Origin: Actinomycetes bacterium
GTDB taxonomy: Bacteria; Actinomycetota; Actinomycetes; Actinomycetales; Dermatophilaceae
Assembly (NCBI GenBank): GCA_021783215.1
Contig: JAJXUB010000001.1
Span: 952 to 64,951 of the forward strand
Length of the DNA stretch: 64,000 bases
Direction: 5' to 3'
The notes beneath the pieces are model-generated. The model was not told where the DNA came from. It saw only the letters and a program-made list of their open reading frames with translations, and did not search any database. A program made the position numbers and the translations under genes. This document shows, piece after piece, positions 14,936 through 26,200 of this stretch (its first letter is position 1; each line of letters starts with the position of its first letter).

Positions 14936-15730
14936 CTAGTGAGGGGCGATGACAGCGGCCGACGCGTAGAGGCACACGGTCGCCGCCATGGCGAGGTTGA
15001 GCGACTCGGCGCGTCCGAGGATCGGCACCCGGACGACGTCGTCGGCGAGACTGCGCGTCTCCTCGGACAGGCCCCACGCCTCGTTTCCGAGGAGCCACGC
15101 ATGGGGACCGGTGAGGTCCGCGTCCGGCAGGAGCGTCGAGCCCGCCCCGTCGGCGGCGAGGACCCGTATGCCGTGTGCCCTCAGGGCCGCGACGGTGGCC
15201 GCGACATCCAGCCCGGTGACGACCGGGAGGTGGAACGCCGAGCCGGCCGTGCTCCGGACGGCCTTCGGGGCATAGACGTCGACGGAGGCGTCACTGACGA
15301 GGACGGCGTCGGCCCCTGCGGCATCGGCGCCACGGATGACCGTCCCGGCGTTGCCGGGGTCGCGGACATTGGCGAGCAGGACGAGCAGTCGCGGCGCCGC
15401 CGCGAGAACCTGCTCGAGGGTCGCGTCGGGGCGGCGGCAGACGGCGAGCAGGCCCTGCGGGGCCCCCGTCTCGCTCATGGCCACGAGGACGTCGTCGGTG
15501 ACCTCGTGGACGTGCCGCCCAGCGGCGCGGGCGGACTCCACGAGACCCGGGTGGCGTCGCTGCCCCTCCTGCGTGACGTAGAGGTCGAGGAGCCCGGCGC
15601 CGGCATACGCGACGGCCTCGCGGACCGCCTGCGGACCGTCGGCGACGAAGCGTCCGGACCGCTCCCGCGCCGACCGACGCGAGAGCGCCCGCACCGCCTT
15701 CACCCGGTCGGACCGGGGGTTGGTCAGCAC
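14936..15730 (-). CDS. TrmH/SpoU-family RNA 2'-O-methyltransferase (TsnR-like)
   Basis: 264-aa ORF with GTG start. SpoU motifs (LANVRDPGNAGTVIR, LLGNEAWGLS, IPILGRAESLN). Confidence 0.85.
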   Translation of the reverse strand: MLTNPRSDRVKAVRALSRRSARERSGRFVADGPQAVREAVAYAGAGLLDLYVTQEGQRRHPGLVESARAAGRHVHEVTDDVLVAMSETGAPQGLLAVCRRPDATLEQVLAAAPRLLVLLANVRDPGNAGTVIRGADAAGADAVLVSDASVDVYAPKAVRSTAGSAFHLPVVTGLDVAATVAALRAHGIRVLAADGAGSTLLPDADLTGPHAWLLGNEAWGLSEETRSLADDVVRVPILGRAESLNLAMAATVCLYASAAVIAPH

Positions 15731-15764
15731 GAGCGCTCCCGAGGGGTTGGCCGTCGCGAGACGG

Positions 15765-16148
15765 TCAGGCGTCGGCCTTGGCCTCGGCGACCGCCGGGAC
15801 GTTGGCTCGGGCGATGTCGACGAGCTGGGCGAAGGCCGCCTCGTCGTTGACGGCGAGCTCGGCCAGCATGCGGCGGTCCACCTCGATGTCGGCGGCCTTG
15901 AGCCCCTGCATGAACCGGTTGTACGTCATGCCGTTGGCGCGAGCCGCGGCGTTGATCCGCTGGATCCAGAGCCGGCGGAAGTCACCCTTGCGGGCACGAC
16001 GGTCCCGATAGGCGTAGCCGAGGCTGTGCTGGACCTGCTCCTTGGCCTTGCGGTAGAGCCGCGAACGCTGTCCGCGGTAGCCGCTCGCCCGATCGAGGAC
16101 GACCCGGCGCTTCTTCTGGGCGTTGACCGCCCGCTTGACGCGTGCCAT
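15765..16148 (-). CDS. rplT: 50S ribosomal protein L20
   Basis: [15 protein letters not shown]...[17 protein letters not shown] is unmistakably L20. Confidence 0.97.
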   Translation of the reverse strand: MARVKRAVNAQKKRRVVLDRASGYRGQRSRLYRKAKEQVQHSLGYAYRDRRARKGDFRRLWIQRINAAARANGMTYNRFMQGLKAADIEVDRRMLAELAVNDEAAFAQLVDIARANVPAVAEAKADA

Positions 16149-16175
16149 GTGCTTCTCCTTGGGGTCTTCGGTCGG

Positions 16176-16370
16176 TCAGCGGCCGAGCAGGCGCTTGATC
16201 TTGGGGGCGTCGTCGGGCGAGACGATGACGTCCTTGCTCAGCGCACGGGCCTTCTGCGGCGTCTTCTCGTGGAACTTGTGGACGAAGCCGGCCTGCTGGC
16301 GCATGATCTTGCCCGATCCGGTGACGCGGAAACGCTTCTTTGCGCCGCTGTGGGTCTTGTTCTTCGGCAT
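16176..16370 (-). CDS. rpmI: 50S ribosomal protein L35
   Basis: 64-aa MPKNKTHSGAKKRFRVTGSGKIMRQQAG..., the tail of track ORF 16176..17081(-). Confidence 0.95.
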   Translation of the reverse strand: MPKNKTHSGAKKRFRVTGSGKIMRQQAGFVHKFHEKTPQKARALSKDVIVSPDDAPKIKRLLGR

Positions 16371-16423
16371 GGTGGCCGACTCTCCTTCTGGTGTTGCGTT
16401 GGTCGTTCCGGCGGTCTGAGCCG

Positions 16424-17056
16424 TCACTCGGTCGTGGTGGCCTCGGTGGCCGGCGCCTCGGTGGCCGGCGCCTCGGGTTCGCTCCCCGCGCCTCGGGCCG
16501 CCGTGGCCTCGTCGCGCCGGCGGCGCTGCTCGGCCTTGGCCTCGGACTTCTTCTTCAGCGGGGCGAGAACCATGATCATGTTGCGCCCGTCGAGCTTCGG
16601 CGCCGACTCGATGACCCCGAGCTCGATGACGTCCTCCGACAACCGCTGGAGCAGGCGCAGCCCGAGCTCGGGTTTCGACTGCTCTCGGCCGCGGAACATG
16701 ATCGTCACCTTGACCTTGTCGCCGCCGGAGAGGAACCGCTCGACATGGCCCTTCTTGGTGCCATAGTCGTGCGGGTCGATCTTCGGACGGAGCTTGATCT
16801 CCTTGATGACGGTGTTGACCTGGTTCTTGCGTGCCTCCCGAGCCTTCATGGCGGTCTCGTACTTGAACTTGCCGAAGTCCATGAGCTTGGCGACGGGTGG
16901 CTTGGCCATCGGGGCCACCTCGACGAGGTCGAGGTCCGCCTCGGCCGCGAGACGCAGGGCGTCTTCGACGCGGACGATGCCGACCTGTTCGCCGTTCGGG
17001 CCGACGAGCCGCACCTCGGGAACCCGGATGCGGTCGTTGATGCGAGGCTCGCTGAT
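16424..17056 (-). CDS. infC: Translation initiation factor IF-3, with non-canonical ATC start
   Basis: [24 protein letters not shown]... through the IF3 C-domain. The only plausible start is ATC 17056, preceded by AAGGAG plus a 6-nt spacer. A roughly 45-aa low-complexity tail contains a tandem PATEA repeat. Confidence 0.85.
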   Translation of the reverse strand: MSEPRINDRIRVPEVRLVGPNGEQVGIVRVEDALRLAAEADLDLVEVAPMAKPPVAKLMDFGKFKYETAMKAREARKNQVNTVIKEIKLRPKIDPHDYGTKKGHVERFLSGGDKVKVTIMFRGREQSKPELGLRLLQRLSEDVIELGVIESAPKLDGRNMIMVLAPLKKKSEAKAEQRRRRDEATAARGAGSEPEAPATEAPATEATTTE

Positions 17057-17285
17057 GTGGTGCTCCTTCGTCTCGTGCCACTGACCGCGAGACGGGAAGA
17101 GGCTCCCCGCCGCCGGCGCGCGAGAAGCCTCAAGTCGGGTCCGAAAGGCGCGCACGCCGCGGCGTACGCCGCTTCGGACCGTGACCCGGCGGCCTGACGG
17201 TCGGCGCGGGTGGAAGCGAGGCTTCTCTTGGCACGTCACCGCCGCGAGGACGGTGACCGGTCGATCGCCAAGGCTACCAGCCGAG
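17057..17285 (-). promoter_or_regulatory. Structured 5' leader of the infC-rpmI-rplT operon
   Basis: 7-bp hairpin CGTCTCG/CGAGACG (17069..17094) directly 5' of the SD. 10-bp long-range pairing GAGAAGCCUC/GAGGCUUCUC (17122..17131 with 17218..17227). Confidence 0.35.
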
Positions 17286-18035
17286 TCACCGGATCGAGAA
17301 CGCGAGACCGTCGACGCGGGCGCGCAGCTCCCCGTCCGTGGCGAGGCGCTCGCCGATCCGGGTCGCGAGCGCGCTCACGGACCGCTGGCTCAGGCCGGGG
17401 ACGAGGGTGAGGACGACACGCAGGGTGCCGGACGGCTCGCCACCCTCGAGCCCGTAGGCCATGACCTCCGGCTCGTCGCGGGTCGCCATGGCGACGGCGC
17501 GGTCCACCACGGGGTCCTCCTGGGCGGGGAGCCACTCGCGCTGCATGGCCAGGGCCCACACCATGCTGGGGCGCAGCGCCGCCGGGTGCGGACCGGCGAC
17601 GTCGAGGACGATGACGTCGCACCCCTCGGCGACGGCGGCCTGGGCGGCTCGGGCCGGCGTCATCGGGACGGGACGGGCGTCCCGCCTCCAGCGCTCCAGC
17701 GCGTCCAGCGACGTGAAGGCCGGCAGGGCGCGGGACCCGTCGGGGGCGACGAGGGTGGCCGTCGCGAGGCTGGCGTGGGCATCCGGGTCGCCGTCGTCGG
17801 GGATGCAGGGGACGAGGGGGACGAGGAGGCGGGCCGCGGCGACGGCCCGGACGAGGGCGGCGTCCACGACGGGACGGGCGAGCACCGCGGCGAGGGCCGG
17901 GTCGGCCGTCCCGTCGTCCCCCTCGAATCCCGTCGGCTCAAGCGACCGCCCGCCCCAGGGCTCGCCGGCGGAGTCGGTGCCGCCGGCGCCGGTCACCCGG
18001 GCCGGGGGGTGCGAGTGGTCCCATGGGTTGCTCAC
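17286..18035 (-). CDS. SseB-family protein (function unknown)
   Basis: 249-aa ORF. The LLVPLV...[13 protein letters not shown] pattern is typical of the SseB N-domain. GTGA overlap with the priA stop. Confidence 0.7.
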   Translation of the reverse strand: MSNPWDHSHPPARVTGAGGTDSAGEPWGGRSLEPTGFEGDDGTADPALAAVLARPVVDAALVRAVAAARLLVPLVPCIPDDGDPDAHASLATATLVAPDGSRALPAFTSLDALERWRRDARPVPMTPARAAQAAVAEGCDVIVLDVAGPHPAALRPSMVWALAMQREWLPAQEDPVVDRAVAMATRDEPEVMAYGLEGGEPSGTLRVVLTLVPGLSQRSVSALATRIGERLATDGELRARVDGLAFSIR

Positions 18036-18832
18036 CGCGCTCCGGCGACCTCGATCGCCTCGGGGAGGGTGAAGGCGCCCTTGTAGAGCGCCGAGCCGAT
18101 GATCGCCCCCTCGACGCCGGTCGTCACGAGGGCGCGGATCGCCGTGATGTCGTCAAGGGTGGAGACCCCTCCGGAGGCGACGACGGGGCGGTCGGTGCGG
18201 GCGCAGACATCCGCCAACAGCTGAAGGTTGGGGCCTTGGAGCATTCCGTCCTTCGCGACGTCCGTGACGACGTAGCGGGCGCACCCCTGCCCGTCGAGCC
18301 GGGCGAGCGTCTCCCAGAGGTCGCCGCCCTCGGTCGTCCAGCCGCGGGCCGCGAGGCGGGTGCCCCGGACGTCGAGGCCGACGGCGATGCGGTCACCGTG
18401 CTCGGCGATGGCGGTGGCCGTCCACTCCGGATCCTCCAGAGCGGCCGTGCCGAGGTTGACCCGCCGGCAGCCGGTCGCGAGCGCCCGAGCCAGGGAGTCG
18501 GCGTTCCGGATGCCGCCGCTCAGCTCGACAGGGACGTCGAGTCGCCCGACGATCGCCGCGAGGAGCTCCGCGTTGCTGCCTTCGCCGAAGGCCGCGTCGA
18601 GGTCGACGAGGTGGATCCACTCGGCACCCTGGTCCTGCCACGCCTTGGCGGCCTCCCACGGGTCTCCGAACTCCCAGCCGGACCCGGAGACGCCCTGCTG
18701 GAGCTGGACGGCGCGACCGCCGCGGACGTCGACGGCAGGAAGGAGCTGCAGACGCGGTCCGTGTCCGTTGTGCCCACCCGGGGCCCGGGGGTCGTGCGCC
18801 GTGTGCTCGCCCGGCGTCTCCCGTGTCGTCAC
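18032..18832 (-). CDS. priA: ProFAR isomerase (actinobacterial HisA/PriA type, probably also PRA isomerase)
   Basis: [17 protein letters not shown]...[10 protein letters not shown]...VELSGGIR...[14 protein letters not shown] 18832 overlaps the hisH TGA (GTGA). About 25 aa N-terminal extension, so the start is uncertain. Confidence 0.87.
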   Translation of the reverse strand: MTTRETPGEHTAHDPRAPGGHNGHGPRLQLLPAVDVRGGRAVQLQQGVSGSGWEFGDPWEAAKAWQDQGAEWIHLVDLDAAFGEGSNAELLAAIVGRLDVPVELSGGIRNADSLARALATGCRRVNLGTAALEDPEWTATAIAEHGDRIAVGLDVRGTRLAARGWTTEGGDLWETLARLDGQGCARYVVTDVAKDGMLQGPNLQLLADVCARTDRPVVASGGVSTLDDITAIRALVTTGVEGAIIGSALYKGAFTLPEAIEVAGAR

Positions 18833-19467
18833 AGGGTCTCCATCCAGTTGGTGAGCAGGGCGAGCCCTGCGTCGGCGGACTTCTCGGGGTGGAACTGGGT
18901 CGCGGACAGCGGCCCGTTCTCGACGGCGGCGACGAACCGGTGACCGTGAGTGGCATACGTGACCTGCGGCGCCACGCCGCTGCCAGCCTCGGCCGGGGTG
19001 GCCATGACCCAGTCGCGGACGGCATACGAGTGGACGAAGTAGAAGCGCTGGTCGCCGATCCCCGCGAAGAGGCGGCTCGGGCCGGGGGCCTCGACCTCTG
19101 ACCACCCCATGTGGGGCACGACGGGCGCGGCGAGGCGCGCGACGGTCCCGGGCCACTCCCCCAGACCGGGCTCCGGGTGCGGGGAGGGCTCGGTGCTGCC
19201 GTCGAAGAGGACCTGCATGCCGACGCAGATGCCGAGGACGGCCCGGCCGCCGGCGAGCCGGCGGTCGATGACCCGCGGCGCGCCGACGGAACGCAGGCCG
19301 GCGACGCACGCGTGGAAGTTCCCGACCCCGGGGACGACGAGGCCGTCGGCGTCGAGCGCGGCCGCCGAGTCGCTCGTCAGGGCGACGTCGGCACCGACCC
19401 GCTCGAGGGCGCGGCAGGCCGACCGGACGTTACCGAAGCCGTAGTCGAGGACGACGACGCGCTTCAT
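18829..19467 (-). CDS. hisH: Imidazole glycerol phosphate synthase, glutamine amidotransferase subunit
   Basis: 212-aa ORF: [37 protein letters not shown]. Confidence 0.93.
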   Translation of the reverse strand: MKRVVVLDYGFGNVRSACRALERVGADVALTSDSAAALDADGLVVPGVGNFHACVAGLRSVGAPRVIDRRLAGGRAVLGICVGMQVLFDGSTEPSPHPEPGLGEWPGTVARLAAPVVPHMGWSEVEAPGPSRLFAGIGDQRFYFVHSYAVRDWVMATPAEAGSGVAPQVTYATHGHRFVAAVENGPLSATQFHPEKSADAGLALLTNWMETL

Positions 19468-19961
19468 CGCCGGTTCCCCCGAAGGGTCTCGTGCTCCTGC
19501 TCCTCCGACACCAGGTCGTCGAACCGACGGACGGCACGCGCCGACGGCTCGACGAGGAGGGCGGACGCCGGAGCGCGTCCGGACAGGGCGTCCGGCGCCG
19601 GGAGACCGATCGCGGAGTGAACGCCGAGGAGCCAGTGCCGCACGGAGGCGCGCCGCGGCTGCCCGATCGGCTCCAGCGCCTCGGAGACGGCCTCCGACCG
19701 GGCCGACATGTGGTCGACGAGGTCGACGACGCGCAGCGGGGTCAGGCCCGGCGGGTTGGTCCGTCCGGACTGGGGCGACCAGACGGCGTACCGCTGCAGG
19801 GCCCGCCAGCCACGGGGCTGGAGGGCGACGACCCCATGGCCGTCGACCTCGCCGAGGAAGAGGCCCGGACGCATCCGGGCCGGTAGCGGACGGGCGAGCA
19901 GGGCGCGGACGGCGTCGTCATAGGGGGGCGCCGAACGGGCGCCCGCCGGGCACGGGGTCAC
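19464..19961 (-). CDS. Hypothetical protein embedded in the his operon
   Basis: 165-aa ORF with very high third-position GC. ATGA overlap with the hisH start. No motif I recognise. Confidence 0.6.
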   Translation of the reverse strand: MTPCPAGARSAPPYDDAVRALLARPLPARMRPGLFLGEVDGHGVVALQPRGWRALQRYAVWSPQSGRTNPPGLTPLRVVDLVDHMSARSEAVSEALEPIGQPRRASVRHWLLGVHSAIGLPAPDALSGRAPASALLVEPSARAVRRFDDLVSEEQEHETLRGNRR

Positions 19962-20077
19962 CGTCGTCCACTCGCCGTGGCTCGCGAGGTAGACGGCGAC
20001 GACACCCCGTTCGGCCCAGGCGGCGACGGCCTCCGGGCCGGCGTGGGCGTAGAGGACCGCGGGGGGCTCGGCCGGGG

Positions 20078-20689
20078 TCAGAGTGTCCCCTTGGCGCTCG
20101 GGATCCCGTCGACGCGCGCGTCGAGGGCGACGGCGGCGCGCATCGCCCGGGCCAGCGCCTTGTACTGTGCCTCGACGATGTGGTGGGGGTCGCGGCCGGC
20201 GAGCACCCTGACGTGCAGGGCGATCCCAGCATGGGCGGCGAACGTCTCGAGGACGTGTCGCGTCAAGGAGCCGACGTACGTGCCACCGATGACGACGTAT
20301 GCCTGACCTTCCGGCTCTCCCGTGTGGACGCAGTAGGGGCGTCCGGCGACGTCGACGACGGCGAGGACGAGCGCCTCGTCGAGCGGCACCGTCGCGTCGC
20401 CGAAGCGGGAGATGCCGGCCTTGTCCCCGAGCGCCTGGGCAACGGCCTCGCCGAGGCCGATGGCGACGTCCTCGACGGTGTGGTGCGCGTCGACGTCGAC
20501 GTCACCGGTCGCGACGACGGTGACGTCGATGAGCGAGTGCCGGGCGAACGAGGCGAGCATGTGGTCGTAGAAGGGGACACCCGTCTCGATCCTCGCGCGA
20601 CCGGTCCCGTCGAGGTCGACGCTCACCTCGACCGTGCTCTCGCACGTCGAGCGCTTCACCGTCGCGGTGCGGTTCGTCGTGCGTGTCAT
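20078..20689 (-). CDS. hisB: Imidazoleglycerol-phosphate dehydratase
   Basis: 203 codons: [47 protein letters not shown] overlap with hisC. Confidence 0.93.
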   Translation of the reverse strand: MTRTTNRTATVKRSTCESTVEVSVDLDGTGRARIETGVPFYDHMLASFARHSLIDVTVVATGDVDVDAHHTVEDVAIGLGEAVAQALGDKAGISRFGDATVPLDEALVLAVVDVAGRPYCVHTGEPEGQAYVVIGGTYVGSLTRHVLETFAAHAGIALHVRVLAGRDPHHIVEAQYKALARAMRAAVALDARVDGIPSAKGTL

Positions 20690-21786
20690 GCGAGGACCTC
20701 TTTCAGGGCTCCGAGGAACGCGGTCGTCTCCTCGGGGGTGCCGGCGGTGACTCGGAGGTGGTGCGGGATGCCGACGTCCCGGACGAGGATCCCATGCCCG
20801 AGCAGCGCCTGCCAGGTCCGGTGGGCGTCGTCGAGGCCGCCGACGAGGACGAAGTTCGCGTCGCTCGGGACCGGCACGAGTCCCAGCCCCCTCAGCTCCA
20901 TGACGAGCCGGTCGCGCTGCTCGCGGATGACGTCGACGGTGGCGAGCATCTCGTCGGTGTGCCGAAGAGCGGCGAGGGCGATCGCCTGGGTCGGCGCCGA
21001 CAGGTGGTAGGGCATGCGGACGAGGCGCAGGATGTCGATGAGGGAGGCGTCGGCGGCGAGATAGCCGAGACGCCCGCCCGCGAGGGCGAACGCCTTGCTC
21101 ATCGTCCGCGTCACGACGAGCCGTGGATGTCCGCCGAGCACGGTGAGCGCGGATGGCGTTCCCGCGCGGGCGAACTCGGCATACGCCTCGTCGACGACCA
21201 CGACCGCGTCGGGCGCGGCGTCGTAGACGGCGGTGACGAGGTCGAGGGAGAGCGCCGTGCCGGTCGGGTTGTTCGGTGAACAGAGGAAGACGACGTTCGG
21301 TGCGACGTCGCGGACCTGGGCGACGGCTTCGGCGACGGTGACGTCGAACGGGGCCGCCGCGTCCCACGCGTGGCGGTGCCCGTCGACCCACCGGGTCCCG
21401 GTCGTCGCCGTGATGACCGGGTGCATCGAGTAGGCCGGGGTGAACCCGAGGGCGACGCGGTCCGGGCCGCCGAAGGCCTGCAGGACGTGCAGGAGCACCT
21501 CGTTCGACCCGTTGCCGGCCCAGACCTGCCCGGGCGACACGGGCGTGCCGGAGCGGGAGAGGTACTCGGCCAGCGCCGTCCTCAGCTTCGTGAACTCGCG
21601 GTCCGGGTACCGGTTGAGGGATGGGGCGACCGCGCGGACGGCGCTGACCATGTCCTCGACGACGTCGGCCGGGACGGCATACGAGCTCTCGTTGACGTTG
21701 AGGGCCACGGCGACGTCGAGCTGGGGCGCGCCGTATGCCGTCCGCCCGCGCAGGTCCGGGCGGACGAGACGCTCGAGGTCGCTCAT
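20686..21786 (-). CDS. hisC: Histidinol-phosphate aminotransferase
   Basis: 366 codons: [34 protein letters not shown] (PLP lysine). Confidence 0.93.
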   Translation of the reverse strand: MSDLERLVRPDLRGRTAYGAPQLDVAVALNVNESSYAVPADVVEDMVSAVRAVAPSLNRYPDREFTKLRTALAEYLSRSGTPVSPGQVWAGNGSNEVLLHVLQAFGGPDRVALGFTPAYSMHPVITATTGTRWVDGHRHAWDAAAPFDVTVAEAVAQVRDVAPNVVFLCSPNNPTGTALSLDLVTAVYDAAPDAVVVVDEAYAEFARAGTPSALTVLGGHPRLVVTRTMSKAFALAGGRLGYLAADASLIDILRLVRMPYHLSAPTQAIALAALRHTDEMLATVDVIREQRDRLVMELRGLGLVPVPSDANFVLVGGLDDAHRTWQALLGHGILVRDVGIPHHLRVTAGTPEETTAFLGALKEVLA

Positions 21787-23120
21787 GGCCGCGCGTCTCG
21801 GATGACGCGCACCGTGACGGCGTCGCCGTGCGCGGGCAGGTCCTCGGACCCCGCGAGGGCGACGACATGGTGGGCGACGCTCGCGAGGGCCTCCTGCGAG
21901 TACGTCACGACATGGATGCCTCGGAGGAACGACTGGACGGACAGGCCGCTGCTGTGACGGGCCGTGCCGGCCGTCGGGAGGACGTGGTTGGACCCCGCGG
22001 CGTAGTCGCCGAGGCTCACCGGCGCCCACGGACCGACGAAGACGGCGCCGGCGTTGCGGACCCGGGCGGCGACGTCGGCGGCGTCGTGGGTCTGGATCTC
22101 CAGGTGCTCGGCGGCGTAGGCGTTGACGACGTCGAGCCCCTGGTCGATGTCGTCGACGAGGACGGTGCCCGACTGGGGGCCGTCGAGGGCCTCGGTGATC
22201 CGTGCGGAGTGCTTCGTCGCGACGACGCGTGCGGCGAGGGCTCGGTCGACGGCGTCGGCGAGGTCCTCGCTGTCCGTGACGAGGACGGCGGCGGCGAGCG
22301 GGTCGTGCTCGGCCTGGCTGATGAGGTCGGCGGCGACGTGCTCGGGATCGGCGCTGTCGTCCGCGAGGATGGCGATCTCCGTCGGTCCGGCCTCCGCATC
22401 GATGCCGATGACCCCTTTGAGGAGCCGCTTCGCGGCCGTGACCCAGATGTTGCCCGGCCCGGTCACCATCGTCACGGGGTCGCACGTGTCCTCGCCGTCC
22501 TCGAAGCCGAGGGCGAACCCGGCGACCGCCTGGGCGCCGCCCATCGCGTACACCTCGTCGACCCCGAGGAGGGCGCAGGCGGCGAGGATCGTCGGGTGGG
22601 GGTAGCCGGTGAGCTCGCCGGTGTTCTCCTTCTGCGGCGGGCTCGCGACGGCGAGCGAGCCCACGCCGGCGATCTGGGCCGGGACGACGTTCATGACGAC
22701 GCTGCTCGGGTAGACCGCGCGGCCACCCGGCACGTAGAGGCCGACGCGGTCGACGGGAACCCATCGCTCGGTGACGGTGCCGCCGTCGACGACGTGGGTC
22801 GTCGTGTCGGCGCGGGACTGGTCGGTGTGGACGAGGCGGGCGCGGCGGATCGCCTCCTCGAGGGCGGCCCGGACGTCGGGGTCGAGCCGGTCGAGGGCCC
22901 CGGCCATGACGTCGACAGGCACGCGCAGCCGCTCCGGTCGGACGCCGTCGAACCGGTCGCCGTAGTCCTTGACGGCCTCGGCGCCGCGGCGGCGGACGTC
23001 CTCGACGATCGGGCGGACGACGCCGAGGGCGGCCTCGACGTCGACGGTCGCCCGCGGCATGACGTTGCGCAGCTCCCGCGGCGTCACGGAGCGCCCGCGC
23101 AGGTCGAGTCGGTCCATCAT
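21783..23120 (-). CDS. hisD: Histidinol dehydrogenase
   Basis: 445-aa ORF: [43 protein letters not shown]. Confidence 0.95.
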   Translation of the reverse strand: MMDRLDLRGRSVTPRELRNVMPRATVDVEAALGVVRPIVEDVRRRGAEAVKDYGDRFDGVRPERLRVPVDVMAGALDRLDPDVRAALEEAIRRARLVHTDQSRADTTTHVVDGGTVTERWVPVDRVGLYVPGGRAVYPSSVVMNVVPAQIAGVGSLAVASPPQKENTGELTGYPHPTILAACALLGVDEVYAMGGAQAVAGFALGFEDGEDTCDPVTMVTGPGNIWVTAAKRLLKGVIGIDAEAGPTEIAILADDSADPEHVAADLISQAEHDPLAAAVLVTDSEDLADAVDRALAARVVATKHSARITEALDGPQSGTVLVDDIDQGLDVVNAYAAEHLEIQTHDAADVAARVRNAGAVFVGPWAPVSLGDYAAGSNHVLPTAGTARHSSGLSVQSFLRGIHVVTYSQEALASVAHHVVALAGSEDLPAHGDAVTVRVIRDARP

Positions 23121-23127
23121 GGGTCAG

Positions 23128-23133
23128 ATTCTA
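23128..23133 (-). promoter_or_regulatory. Candidate -10 hexamer TAGAAT, 7 nt upstream of the hisD ATG (leaderless mRNA?)
   Basis: The minus strand reads CTTCCTAGAATCTGACCCATG. There is no Shine-Dalgarno. Confidence 0.35.
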
Positions 23134-23180
23134 GGAAGTCGCCCCGGCGTCGGCTCCCATGTCCGTATGCCGTTCCCTCG

Positions 23181-23216
23181 CCTCTGCCGCCACGGCCCCC
23201 ACGGTTGGGGCAGAGG
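23181..23216 (-). terminator. Hairpin downstream of glnE (CCTCTGCC...GGCAGAGG)
   Basis: 8-bp outer stem enclosing a further GC-rich stem-loop, immediately after the glnE stop at 23225. No U-tract. Confidence 0.4.
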
Positions 23217-23224
23217 TGGGCGCG

Positions 23225-26200
23225 CTACCGGCCGTAGAAGGCGGCCATGACGGCGGCTCGGGCGTGGCGTGCCACCCGCAGGTAGCGCTCGCCGAGCTCC
23301 TGGCCGGATCCCGGTGGCAGGCCGAGGACCCGGGCGATCCCGTTGGCGTCCACCGTCTGGCTGGGCAGCGACTCGAACGAGCGGCCATGCCAGAGGGTGC
23401 CGGCGTTGCGCATACGGGAGGCGAGGACCCATGCCTCACGCAGTGCCACGCCGGCCCCGGGCTCGATCAGGCCCGCCTCGACACACGCGTCGAGGGCCGA
23501 AGTCGTCCCCGTCGTCCGAAGACCCTCGAGCACGTGCGCGTGCTCGAGCTGTTGGAGCTGGACGGTCCACTCGACGTCGGACAGCCCGCCCTGGCCGAGC
23601 TTGAAGTGCCGCCGACGGTCGCCACCACGCGGGATCCGCTCCGCCTCCATCCGCGCCTTGAGGCGGCGGATCTCGCGGACCTGGGCCGGCTCCAGGCCCC
23701 TCGCCGGCCACCGGATCGGGTCGACGAGGGCGAGGAAGCGCTCCGCCAGCCCCTGCTCCCCTGCCATCGGCGTCGCCCGAAGGAGGGCCTGTGCCTCCCA
23801 CACGAGCGACCAGCGCTCGTAGTAGGCCCGGTAGGAGGCGAGCGACCGGATGATCGGCCCGTTCTTCCCCTCCGGGCGAAGGTCGGCGTCGAGGCCCACA
23901 GGCGGCTCGGCGGAATGTGCCGACAGGTGGTGGGTGAGCCCGCGGACGACCTCGGTGGCCTCCTCCAGGGCGACGTGCTCGTCGGCGCCGGGCAGTGGCT
24001 CGTGGACGAACAGGACGTCGGCGTCCGAGCCGTAGCCGACCTCACCGCCGCCGAGGCGCCCCATCCCGACGATGAGCAGCCGGGTCGACAGCGGCGATCC
24101 GCGCCGCGCCTCGACCTCGGCGATGCAGACCTCGAGAGCGGACTCCAGCAGCGCCGCGGTCAGGTCGGTCAGGGCGCCGGCCACCCCGTCGAGATCGAGG
24201 TGGCCGTCGAGGTCGGCCGCCGCGATCCGGAACAGCTCGGCACGCCGGACGGCGCGCATCGCGGCGACCGCCGACTCGCCGGGGGGCCGCCGCGACCCGG
24301 CGGAGCGCATACGCGCGAGCAGGTCGCCTCGAGACAGGGGCACCAGACCAGAGGGGTCGCCGAGGAACTGGACACACTCGGGCGCGCCGACGAGCAGGTC
24401 CCCGGCGTACCCGGAGCGGGCGAGGATATGTGCGAGACGCTCGGCGGACGTCCCCTCGTCGCGGAGCATCTTGAGGTACCAGTGGCTCGAACCGAGCTCG
24501 TCGCTGACCTTGCGGAAGGCGAGCAGCCCCATGTCGGGGTCCGCCTCGTCGGCGAACCACCCGAGCATGACCGGCAGGAGCGTGCGCTGGATGGCGGCCC
24601 GACGCGACAGTCCGGCCGTCAGGACCTCGAGGTGGCGAAGCGCACCGGCCGGGTCGCGGTAGCCGAGGGCCGACAGCCGCTCCCGGGCAGCGTCGGGCGC
24701 CAGTCGCGCCTGCTCGCTCGACAGCCGCGCGACGGCGGACAGCAGCGGCCGGTAGAAGAGCCGCTCGTGGAGCCGCCGGACCTCCCGAGCCTGGGACTGC
24801 CATCGCTCCACGACGGCGCCCTCAGGGTCCTGTCGGTATCCCAGCGCGCGCCCGAGGCGGCGCAGGTCCGCCGCGCCCGTCGGCATGAGGTGGGTGCGGC
24901 GGAGCCGGAACAGCTGGATCCGGTGCTCGAGGGTCCGCAGGAAGCGGTAGGCCGCGTCGAGGACCTCGCGGTCGTCGCGCCCGACGTAGCCCCCGGCGGA
25001 CAGGGCGGCGAGCGCGTCGAGGGTCGTCCCCGAGCGCAGCCGAGGGTCGCTGCGGCCGTGCACGAGCTGGAGGAGCTGGACGGAGAACTCGACGTCCCGC
25101 AGGCCGCCGCGACCGAGCTTGAGCTGCCGGGGGGCCTCCGCGGCCGGCACGTGCTCCTCGACCCGGCGGCGCATCGACTGGACGTCCTCGACGAAGCCCG
25201 CACGCCCGGCCGCCTGCCACACCATGGGGCTCAGGGTGGCGACGTACTCCTCGCCGAGGGCGCGGTCCCCGGCGACGGCCCGGGCCTTGAGGAGCGCCTG
25301 GAACTCCCACGTCTTGGCCCACCGCTCGTAGTAGGCGCGGTGGCTGGCGACGGTCCGGACGAGCGGCCCGGCCCCGCCCTCCGGGCGCAGCGCGGCGTCG
25401 ACGGGCCACAGGGTGCCGTGCGGGGTCGTCGCGCTGCATGCCCTGATGAGCCGCGTCGCGAGGCGTCCGCCGGCCTGCATGGCCTCCTGCTCGCCGACGT
25501 CGCCGAGGGGCTCCCCGACGAAGATGACGTCGACGTCGGAGACGTAGTTGAGCTCCCGACCCCCGGTCTTGCCCATGCCGATGACGGCGAGCCGGCACGC
25601 CGTCGCCTCCGCGGGGAGGTCCGCGACGGCGATCGCGTAGGCCGCCTCGAGCGCCGCCTCGGCGAGGTCGGCGAGCGCGGCCGCGGTCGTCGGCAGCGCG
25701 GCGAACGCGTCCGGCGCCGTGAGGTCGAGGGCCGCGATCCCCAGGAGCTGACGCCGGTACTCGATGCGCAGGGCGTCGTCGGGGGTGATCCTGCGCGGTG
25801 CGCCGACGGCCGAGAGGAGCCGGGACTTCCGGTCCGCGACGGCCATGGGCTCGGCGTCGGCCACGGCCCGCCAGTGCGTGGGATGAGCGACGAGGTGGTC
25901 CCCCAGAGCGGCCGACGCGCCAACCACCGCGAGGAGCCGGTCCCGGCCGCGGCCGGCTCGGCGCAACGTCGACAACAGGTATGCCGTGTCGTGGCTCTCG
26001 TCCTCACGTGCCGGCGACCGGCGCAGGGACTCCATGAACCGGACGAGGCAGAGCAGGGCGAGATCCGGGTCGGCGACGGCGGCCAGCGCCTCCGGCAGCC
26101 CGTCGGCGAAGACGTCGTCGAGCGGGTCGACGAGGCCGCCGAGGGCGGGTTCGGCGAGCAGCGTCGCGGCGCGACCGGGGTCGGCGAAGCCGAGCCGCGC

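Noticed and set aside
16440-16480. Short tandem DNA repeat (GCCTCGGTGGCCGGC about 2.3 copies) as a possible CRISPR or VNTR element.
   Set aside because: It lies inside the infC reading frame and encodes the PATEA repeat of the tail. There is no spacer structure. No CRISPR-like array exists anywhere in the window.
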